Assembly: GCF_018350175.1 (NCBI RefSeq)
Contig: NC_058373.1
Location: 110,982,001 to 111,046,000, forward strand
Direction of reading: 5' to 3'
DNA: 64,000 bases
DNA from: Felis catus
Lineage: Eukaryota
The notes beneath the pieces are model-generated. The model did not search any database. It worked only from the letters and a program-made list of their open reading frames with translations, and was not told the origin of the DNA. Shown here piece after piece: positions 23,926-33,658 of the stretch (position 1 is its first letter; every line of letters starts with the position of its first letter). The translations under genes and the position numbers were made by a program.

Positions 23926-26669
23926 AAAACAGTCACCCACCTGTAAGTGCTGTTTCAACAAGGAGGTTGCTCCTCCTATTTACAGACTCTGAACAAAGCC
24001 ACCTACCTGCCCCACCCTGCTGGCAACCTGGGAAGGGCCAATTTGATATCTATGTGCAAACATGAATAATTCACTACTTGCAGGAAACTAGAGCCCCAAA
24101 GGTCAAATGGGGAGGAAAAAAGGGAGGGAGGGATGCAGGATTGACTCCGACCTGCCCCAGCAAGTTGTTCTCACTTGGCACAGACGTTTATTGTCTGCGG
24201 AGGGCCAGGCTCTGAACTGTGCCACTGAGAGGTCAGGGTCTGCCTAGATCTGAAAGATGAGGAAGAGGATTGGGATACATGTTCCCTCAACTCAGACTAC
24301 AACTGAAACCTATATATTACTGTGCATGTGTTTTTCTTTGGCTGTTGCCTTCCACGGGCACAAAATCAAAGGGACCCTTAGGAGGACAGTGTGATTTTCT
24401 AGAAATAATGGCTTTCAGTGGCTCAGCTTGCACCGGGCAGAAGAGATGAAGTTTGTCTTGGAAAGTCTTTCAGTGAGTGATATTACTGGTGCTGGAGACC
24501 GCCTGTGCCCTTGCCCCCCTGCATGGCACTGCCTGCTATACCTCTGCCTTCCACTCTGCCTCCACAGGGTCATGCGGCTGACATCAGTCATGGTCGGGGT
24601 AATGGTGAGGAGTCGCAGAGCAGGTGAGTTGCTCCAAGGGCATGAACTGCACCTGCCTTCTCTCAGACACTCAGTCCCAAAGACTGCTCACAGCAGGCTG
24701 GTGCTGGTCATTCCCCCACGGAAGGAAGTGTGCAGGGAGCCAAAGCTTCCATGGTTCTAGACCGAGTCGGGCCACCTACGATGTTTTCAGCCCCAGATAT
24801 GCAGTGTACTGCAGGACATGTGAGGACCTAAGGGAAGAGCTAGTGTGCTTCATTCTTCCAAGCACCTACCAGCTCAACAAATTCGTGTTTTGTTTTTGTT
24901 TTGTTTTTTTAATGTCTGGATTTCTCTACCAGTAAAACTGGCAATTAGACTCTACCTGGCTTTGGGATTTTTAGAGTGTTATTTCAATAACAATGCAAAT
25001 GTTTACTAGAGAGTGTTTTCACAGGTACATGTCCGTTGGGAACTGTCTTCGAGAACAAATAAGCAAGGCTTGGGAGCAGCTGGTGTTGAGAATCTGATTT
25101 GCTGAGAAGATGGAGGAACTAGTCACCAGGGAGTGTCCAGCTTTTCTGGCTTTTGTGGCCTGTTCCATAGGTCTTTAGAGCCCATGGGAACCTGTGTCTC
25201 TACTGGCTGCTCCCTAAAAACAAGCCTCCATTACTTGAGTGGGAATGGAATCTTTGGCCATTAAAGGAGGCAGGAAATGCAGAGTGAAGTGTGTCTCTCC
25301 CTGCCCGCGCCCCCCCCCCCCCCGGCCCCCCTCCCCTTCCCCCTCCGAGACTGGGTAGAGTTCCTAGAAACAGCTCAATAAATGTTCCTACCAGGCCACG
25401 GAGTCAGAAGAACTTGGCCTTGACAGTGGGCTGAACTTCAACATGAACTTGCCAGGCTTATCTGCATGCCTGGAGCTTTCCCAGTATTCTCTAGGCATCT
25501 GGACATCTCTTATTGGCTGCCCCTCTGGTCCTCTGTCCAGGAAGACCATGGAAGTTCCTGAGCTGAGTGGGGGCTCCCTCTTCCTTAGGGACACGCCATC
25601 CCTTTTCTCCAAGTACAATTTAGGACCCTTTGTCATGCAGGCTCTCACCTTTCATGATTGAATAAAACTGATGAGACTCTCCTAAAATATTTTGTTTCCA
25701 ACTTTACCTCAAACTGGCTTGAGTTGGAGGTAAACTCAAGAAGCTTATTACTTTGGACATGCACTAACAAGTGTGTGATTCCCATGGCTTTCCGCAGTAG
25801 TTGTTCTGGAAACTGCACTGGCTTAGAAGGCAAAAAGTCCAGGTAGGTGATGGTTCTCAACTCTGGCTACAGATGAGAATTGCTTATCAGGATTTTTCTC
25901 CATAGAGATACTAACGCTTTTCCCTCCAGAGATTTCAATTCTGATGTTTCTAGCCATGACTCTGCCACTGTTAGATGAGGCCCTTAGGCACCTGATGCCT
26001 TATCTGCTGAATTTAGATAATCACTCTCCTGATCTCCCACAGATATGATTGTTAGGATGGAAGAGATCAAGTATTGCAAGTTTTCTATAACTATGAAGTG
26101 CAGGTGAAGATCTTAAGCTACCACCAGCCTGCCTTTTTTGACTCCTTCTTCATTGTATCCTGACTCCCATTTTCTACCTCTTCCATCAATTGTGTGCCCC
26201 AAAGTATAGTATTTGGCACCCCCAGGTCCCCAAGATCACAGTCTGCCTTGCTTCCTTGGAGTATCCAATCACAGGACCAGGACAAACTTCTGAAAGATTA
26301 CTTAATCCCTCCTCATGCCTTCAGGAAGACTTGTTCCTGTCCATCCCAGACAGAGGAGAATGTTCTTGGCTTTAAAAGCTCCTTCAGACATAGATATTCA
26401 GCATCCTCCCAGTGACTCAATCTTATTTCTGCACTGTAGGCCCACTAGAGAGCATTGGGGGCTGGGCTCCCCTGCAGGTGGCATCAGGAAAGGTACAGTA
26501 AGGAAGATGACGGTCTGCTGCTTCCATTGTCATTCTACTGTTGCTTTATAGGGTTCTGGAGCCTCTTTTACTGGCACTGCCTCTCCCTCTCCCCCTTATC
26601 TGACAGGGTCAAGTGAAAACTACTCCCGGGGACTCATACAGGCAGCCATACCTCTGGTTTGAAATATTC

Positions 26670-26675
26670 TTTATT
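26670..26675 (-). terminator. RAB15: RAB15 poly(A) signal AATAAA
   Basis: Minus strand ...cacagatgtttacaaAATAAAgaatatttc, about 2.5 kb past the RAB15 stop, ending a largely repeat-free 3'UTR. Confidence 0.75.
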
Positions 26676-29182
26676 TTGTAAACATCTGTGTTTAAAATAG
26701 ATGAACCCTGCTCACAAGTCATATATTGGTTCTGAGACACAGTACACAAAGTTCACCCGTCACAGGGAGATGGTGGGGGCTCTGGAGCAGGTGGAAATGC
26801 CTGGGGCTGGGCTGAATCTCAAGACAGCAGATGCAGAGGTGATAAGTAAACAGGCAGAAATACCTGTGCAAAACTCTGGGCCTAATGCCAGATCCCAGGC
26901 CACCTCTTGGACTGGAGAAGTTTAGGGGTGAGATGCCGACTCCAATTCCTTGTGAGCATAGCTGCACCCTAAAAGTTCAACCCTCTGGCTCCCATACCTC
27001 TCCCCAGCTGTGGCCCTTGGGGATGGGGCTAATCAGTTCATAGAATCTCCACCCTATGCTTTCCCTTCCAGAACCCCTAGGGTACAGTAAAAATATAGTC
27101 CCTCTGTCCCAAGGGGGCTAGGAGAGAAAGGCAATGGTGCTCTGCCTGATCCTCAGGGAAAGCTGCAATACTGATCCAGGTTGGAGCCAGCGCCCTGAAG
27201 TCCCTGGCAGAGGGCACACTGTGGGTTGGCATAACCATCTCCCTGCCCCCAGTGTGATGCTGTGTCTAACACCTGAGGAGTCAGTCCTCAAGAAAGCATC
27301 CCAGCCATAGTCATGACTTCATCCTAAAGAGTCTTTATCTAAATTTCTCATTAGCTAACAATTTATAACTATTCCTGCCCTCCTTTTCCTTCCACTACAG
27401 TTAACCTATCCCTGTCCCTACATCCTGAGCTACCCTCTCCTACTCTGGTAAGAGTCAGAAGGAAAGGTTTGGTCATTTCTTCCCCACCTTTTTTTTTTTT
27501 TTGGGTGGGGGGGAGGAATAAGGAAGTGGGGCTCTTAATCCGTCACCTGTGTGTGCCCTGGACTTTGGTCCTTAGTTGATGAATGTTCAGTGTTGTCTTA
27601 GCTCCAGCCCTAGCCATGTGATGCTGCTAATATGTAGCTTAAGAATGAGCCTCCTCCTTGGGAAGGTGGGGAGGAACCCTACTAGGGCTGCTAACTGACT
27701 TGTTCCTTCTTTAAAGCACCTCCTTCAAGCCACTCTTGGGCCATGTGGGGTTAAAGGAACTTCTTCCTGAATGAAGAGCTCTGGAGGAGGGAGTCCACGT
27801 CCCTCCTCCTGTAGCCACAGTGCCGGTGGCTCCTGTTCCAGGAGCTAGAGGGGCAAGATGAGCACTTTGTCTGGAAGGCTGAAGAGAACAGCACCAAGCA
27901 TTTCTACCCAGGGCCTTCTTTCTCTCTCCCCATGAAGTCACAGCTCTTCTCCCACAGACTTTGAGTCTCAGCGAAACCTTGAGAGCTGAAGGCTGAGTTG
28001 GGTGGTTATGTCCCCTCTTACTTGCCAGGGGGTTGCGGGGAAAGGCCCTTCTTACACAGAAAGGGAAGCCGGGGCCCAGGGAGCCCTGCTCCTGCCATAT
28101 TCCCCTCTGGTGTGCACAATGCCGTCTCTGGCCTCCTCCCCCTTGCTTTAACCTGATATATAGGGGCTAGACCTTCATCTCCAGGCACTCCTCTTTCTGG
28201 GGGTGTGTGGTTTGCTTGTCAATATCGCTGGCCCCGGGCTTTCCTTGCCCCTGCAGTGCCCTGAGGCCTCGGTGCATGTCTTTAAATTCAGGAGCCCAGG
28301 TGGGGAGAAACTGCGTACAAGGGGCACGGGAGGTAGAGAACGGAGGTGACTTTTTATCCCTGCCTCCCCACAACATTTTGTTTTCTTCTCTGAAGCACCT
28401 GCTTCTGAGCTCACTTCCCCCAAGAGGCAGGTGGGCAGGCGGCCAAGCAAGGCCCAAGCTGGGGGGTGGGGGGGCAGGCAGGGAAAGGTGGGACAGCCCC
28501 AGTCTTGAGGACCACCAGGTTGGCGTCTCCTTCCTGCCTTGATGTACATTTCCCCAGACCATTGGTGAGGCAGGCCCATGGCATGAGAAGCGACGGTGGG
28601 GAGGGAAGATAGGAAGAAGTACCCTGTAGGCTTTGGCCCCTTCACAAAGCAGGGGGGTTCTCCCAGAAGAAGAATATGGAACATCCCCATGAGCCTGAGT
28701 CCATTCCCTTGGACAGGGTTAGGGAGAAAGGACACACAGGGAAAGAGGCGTGAGGGGCTTTGATACAAAACACACTGGAGGGGAAGGGGACAAGAAAGAG
28801 AAGTGGGAGGAAGAGAGAAAAAGCAGAGAGGAGGCAAGATGCACTGAGAAAGAAGGGGCCTCAAAGTGGCCGTACTCCAGACTGGGCCACTGTCCGGGGA
28901 GCTCGGGGTGGTGAGACGGTGCCCGTAGCGTACTGGGGGCTCATAGCAGACCCGTGGCAGGGAAACAGGCTGAAGGGAGCCACTCCAGGCTGGAGGGGCT
29001 GGGGGCAGAGGCTGCTCAAAGATGACAGCGGGGCTGCTCTCGGGGCCAGGCAGGGGAGTAGCAGCTACTGGTATTCCACAGGGTCACCCGAGTGAGAGGA
29101 GAAGCAGGGCAAAGCCCGGACTCCCTGTCTGCCACAGGCCTCCTGAGGGGAGGGGGATTGGCGGCTGCTCCACGCAGGACCC

Positions 29183-29341
29183 TCAGCACCAGCAGGTTTT
29201 TGAAGAGTTCGCTGGGCCCTCAGGTTTGCCCTCATCCTCCTCCAGCTCGGCCAATGCCAACTCGTTGCTGGCACGTGTCCGGAGACCATCCAGCTCCTTC
29301 CTGTGGGCCTGCAGCACCAGCTCTGTCAACCGCGTGAACGA
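29183..29341 (-). CDS. RAB15: RAB15 coding exon 7 (SFTRLTELVLQAHRKELDGLRTRASNELALAELEEDEGKPEGPANSSKTCWC*)
   Basis: Acceptor tttcccag|TCG, CXC prenylation motif, TGA at 29183-29185. Confidence 0.96.
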   Translation of the reverse strand, partial: SFTRLTELVLQAHRKELDGLRTRASNELALAELEEDEGKPEGPANSSKTCWC

Positions 29342-29525
29342 CTGGGAAACCAAGGGTCACAGGTTAGTCGGGCTCCTCCTCCTCTTCCCCAGGCAGCCCT
29401 GTAACTGTCCCAGGGGCGGGGGCTCATCTGACCCGGGCTCCCGTCCTGTGCGCTGCCTCCTCTCGTCTCCCCACTCTGCTGGACTCAGCCCAAGAGGCAG
29501 GGTAGCTGGGCTTCGGAGCGCTCAC

Positions 29526-29591
29526 CTCTTTAATGTTGAGGTTGGTGCAGGCACTTGTTTCATAGAAGTCCATGCCGTACTCTTTAGCCAG
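29526..29591 (-). CDS. RAB15: RAB15 coding exon 6 (LAKEYGMDFYETSACTNLNIKE)
   Basis: ttcttgcag|CTG ... GAG|gtgag. G5 box ETSA. 66 nt. Confidence 0.97.
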
Positions 29592-30783
29592 CTGCAAGAA
29601 AAGAACATTCCTGAAAGGGAGTCAGTAAGGGAAGGGAGGTGCCCACAGCACCTGGCACATACTTCTGCCATTGCCCTCATAGCCCCTGCTGTGTCGTGAC
29701 AATTTCTCACAGTAGGTCGCTTCTCAGACCAACCGGGAGCTCCTTCTAAGACACAGGCTAGCAGAGCATGGAGACGTCCCACAAACACCCTCCCGCACTC
29801 CCCACCCGCCTCCATGCAGACACACCCCTGCCCCCGGTGCACACAGCTCATACGTCAGGAGGTGAATATATCAAAATCTTGGGCAAGATGTCAAATTAAT
29901 AAAAAACACGGGCTTTGGGATCAAACAGACCCAGACTTAGACACCAGCGCTGCCGCTCAGCAGCTGTGCGACTGTGGACAAATATATCTCTAAGCCCAGC
30001 TCTGCCATCTGTTAAAGAGGGGAGAGGGTGTCTCCCAACCAAAGTCACGGAATGACTAAAAGGGGTCATGCGTCTCAAAGCACTTGCTTAGCGCTGGCCA
30101 CGCATACAGTGTTCGATAGATACTGCTCTAGGAGGATTTGCTTCTACTTTCAGATTTTTCAATGACCACGTGTTATTTTTGCATACCAAAAGATCCATTT
30201 TCTCTTAAGCGCTCTGGACGCAAAGAGGGAGAGAAAAGCTCTGGAGGCCCTTGGAGTGGGTAGATGACTCTCGTCTCCGTGGTATCCATCCTTCTGTGCT
30301 CTGGGAGGGCGGTCTCCCTTGGCACCACCTTCCTACCCTCTCTGCCCCACGGCTTCTCTCTGACCGTGGGCCCTGCATTCCCTCATTTTCCTCCCTACTC
30401 CTTTCCAATAGAAGGACGGGGTGGGATGCCTGTAGATGGTAGCCATGCCTGGATGCTGCTGGAGAAGCCAGCGACCTGAAGCCCTTCCTCACCATGAACA
30501 TTGGGATGATCTCTTTAGCAGAGGGTAATCCTGCTCTGGGGCACTTAGAGGTGGACAGTCTTTGTTTTTGGATGGTCTTTGTTTCAGGGTGGACCCCAAA
30601 TCAGTCCTGAAGGGCAGAAAGCAAATTCTCAAGGATGGCAACTCCCCTAGCGCCTTAGGGAACTTCGGAAAGTGCCAGGGTGCCTGATGACAGGGACAGA
30701 ATCTTGGGTCCCAGCCCTCAGGACTGGCCCTGGAAGGCGGCAGAAGACCCAAGGGATGGCTTCGGCCAGCTCGCTCCACTTAC

Positions 30784-30873
30784 CTGCTGCCCTTGCTCTC
30801 TTCCCACCTGCCGCTTCTGCTCTTCATCGGCCTTATTCCCTATGAGGATCTTCTGGACACCTTCTGGTGCATA
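30784..30873 (-). CDS. RAB15: RAB15 coding exon 5 (YAPEGVQKILIGNKADEEQKRQVGREQGQQ)
   Basis: gtccctag|TAT ... CAG|gtaag. G4 box NKAD. 90 nt. Confidence 0.97.
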
Positions 30874-31530
30874 CTAGGGACAAAGGACAAGCAGAACTGC
30901 CAGTGAGTGCTGCCTTTCCCTCCTGTCTCCCCACCCTACAGTCTCTTGGCCTCTATACCAGCACCAAGCTGAAGAGCCCTAGGGACAGAGCAGGCTGATG
31001 GGGTGCAGGTGCAAGGCTTCCCCAAGTGCCACGGCCGACCCCGGGGGTCCCGGAGGGCTGTTATGGGGACAGCTTAGAGTAGGAGGCACTCTGACTGCTA
31101 CTGGTGCTTCCTGGAGTTGGACAACTGGTATCTGAACTGGCAAGGGCATTGCACTTTGTCCAGCCCCTCATTCTACTGATGAAGAACTGGGGACTCAGAG
31201 TTCAAATGGCTTGCCCGAGGCTCCAGAGCCAGGACTAGAACCCCAGTCTCACGATTTCAGGAAGGAAGCTGGTCACAGGGTGGGCTTTGGCCTAACTCAT
31301 TTCCAAGGAGTCCTGGCTGGGCACAGAGCATGGATGGCATGGCAGCTTGGGCTCCTTCCCCATGTCTTACTCACCCAGAGGTCTTCATCCAGGGCCGTGG
31401 AAGGCAAGGTTTCCTGGGAGTGTTTGCTCACCAACCCCGAGAGCCTCGGCCCTTCCCACCTGGCCCTCGCTCTGCCTTCCCCTCTGAGGTGCCCCTCCCC
31501 CGCCCCCAACGATGAGGCAGCATCTCCTAC

Positions 31531-31608
31531 CTCATCCACATCACTGACCCACTTCATGATGTGCTGGTAAGAGCGCTCGCTGCTAATGTCGTAGACTAAA
31601 AATATCCC
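31531..31608 (-). CDS. RAB15: RAB15 coding exon 4 (GIFLVYDISSERSYQHIMKWVSDVDE)
   Basis: tctctctcag|GGG ... GAG|gtagga. 78 nt. Confidence 0.96.
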
Positions 31609-32110
31609 CTGAGAGAGAGAGAAGGAGAGAGAAATGGGGGAGGTAGATGCACACAGAGACCGTGCACAGTCATGGGGCCGGAAGCAGGTGTGGTACCTTT
31701 AAATGCTGGGTCCCACTCTCCCTTCTCCCTGCTTAGCATACTGAGGATCCCTCAGCACCCAGAGACTTCTCCTTCTCTCTCATACCCCCAAAGCTATTGC
31801 ACCCTAGGCCTATCACGGAACTCTCTGAGGTGGGAAGGAACCAAATATTCTGACTGGGGTCTCTGGCCCAGGGTGGAGGGTGGAAGCTGGGGATGAGGGT
31901 GGGGGACTTGCCTGTAGTGTGTGGTCAGAGAATAACTAATAATTGAATGAATGATCAATGAATAATCGCAAGACTGCCTGAGACTGCCCTTGCCAGCAGG
32001 CGATCTGAGGGCCCTCTTTTGGGAGTCAGTGACATAAATATCTCAAACACCCAGAGTGGGGAGTGTGGATGGCAGCGTCCCACCTCCAAACCCTGAAAAT
32101 GGTGGCTCAC

Positions 32111-32171
32111 CTGGGCCCGTCGATAGTACTGCTTTGTGATGGTCTGATATCTCTCCTGCCCCGCTGTGTCC
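32111..32171 (-). CDS. RAB15: RAB15 coding exon 3 ((W)DTAGQERYQTITKQYYRRAQ)
   Basis: ctacag|G ... CAG|gtgag. G3 box DTAGQ. 61 nt. Confidence 0.97.
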
Positions 32172-32933
32172 CTGTAGTAGAAAGCCAGTCCCTCAGAGGA
32201 GCAGGGACCATGGAACCAGAGGGGGAAGGGAGGAACAGGAGCTGGGAGACCCTGTGCCCTTGCAGGAAAAACTGGGGAGCTACAGGGTGAAATATCAGAG
32301 GAGCTTGGATCCCCAAGGGGGTCTGAGCATATCTGACCCTGCGGGAGAGAGGCCTGATTATCTGGTGCTGACAGGGCTGATGGGGTCTTGTCAACTACAG
32401 CTACTGCCAGGAGCTTCAAACATAACTGGGCCTTGGACAACTCTGTAGAATTTGGCCGTTGTGTTCAGACAGGGTGGACACATGTACCCTTCTCAACCTG
32501 GAGGCAGCTCCAAAGGCTGGCAAAGGCCAGGCTTGCAGGAGCGGCAGGCCAGAGAGCCACAGCGGCCCCCTGTGGCTACTGGTGGGAACTGCACCATGCT
32601 AGATGGAGCTCTCTCCCCAGGGTCCCAGGTAGCCCTCCCTCCTACCACACTGCAGCATGGCCCAAGGGCAAAGCCTTTTCGGAAAACAAAGCCACACTGG
32701 TTAGTTTGCCAATTCCTTCTAATTCCTGCCCCTTGGTGACTTGTGGCCAATCTCATAAGGTTTCTTAAGAAAAAGAGATTAAGGCTCCTAGGAGCAAGAG
32801 ATGGGCTTTGAGACATCTGCTTCTCTCCACATTAGAGGTGGCCAGTTATCCCAGATGCAGCCTTGGGATTTCTACACATGGCAGTGGAAGCCTGGGGCTC
32901 TCCTCCCGCATCTCCTCCCCCTACTCAACTCAC

Positions 32934-32994
32934 CAAATCTGTATCCGCACTTTGATGCCATCTACCTCTATGGTCTTCATCTTAAAATCCACGC
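32934..32994 (-). CDS. RAB15: RAB15 coding exon 2 ((G)VDFKMKTIEVDGIKVRIQI(W))
   Basis: tttcccag|GC ... TG|gtgag. RabF motifs IGVDF and RIQIW. 61 nt. Confidence 0.97.
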
Positions 32995-33442
32995 CTGGGA
33001 AAGGAAGAGAGCAAGGAAGTTACGAAGGGTACCACTGAGACCTGAATGGTAAAGGCCCAGGGCACTCACACTGGAAGGGATTTCCTATGGCTTAATTTGG
33101 CAGAAAGATGGCACGAAGTGAGGAGGGACTTCCTGAACCAAAAATTGGCCCTGAGAAAGTATCCAGGGCTTTGAATGGAGCTTCCCTTCCTCCTTGACAT
33201 GAGAGTTGCCATGGGTAAAGGGGTGAGGCAGTGCAGGAGGAGGCAGAGTGAGTATGGGGGAGTCCACTCCATCGCTGCCTCGCTCAGCCCCCAAATGTGT
33301 CTCGCTCTCCTCAGTATGAAGTCTTCCTATTTATCCTTCTGGAGAGAACTGCAGGTATTTACTTATCCTCCCTGGAACTCTAATGCCTAGGAATAGCAAC
33401 CCACCGAATTTGCCTCTTATTTTTTTTTCTTCCTCTGCCTAA

Positions 33443-33658
33443 TTTTTTTAATCTTTATTTATTTTTGAGAGAGAGAGAGAGAGAGAGCATGAACAGTGGA
33501 GGGGCAGAGAGAGAGAAAGGGAGACACAGAATCCGAAGCAAGCTCCAGGTCCCGAGTTGTCAGCACAGAGCTCAATGCCGGGCTAGAACCCAATAACCTC
33601 AAGATCCTGACCTGAGCTGAAGTCGGATGCTTAACCTACTGAGCCACCCAGGTGCCCC
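33443..33658 (-). mobile_element. SINEC_Fc
   Basis: Reverse copy with (GA)n, ending gagccacccaggtgcccc. Flanks ctctgcctaatt / ctctgcttatt. Confidence 0.92.

Noticed and set aside
28167..29699. ORFs of 110-229 aa in or antisense to the RAB15 3' region
   Set aside because: They lie in the GC-rich 3'UTR or antisense to exons 6-7 and show no recognisable domain.
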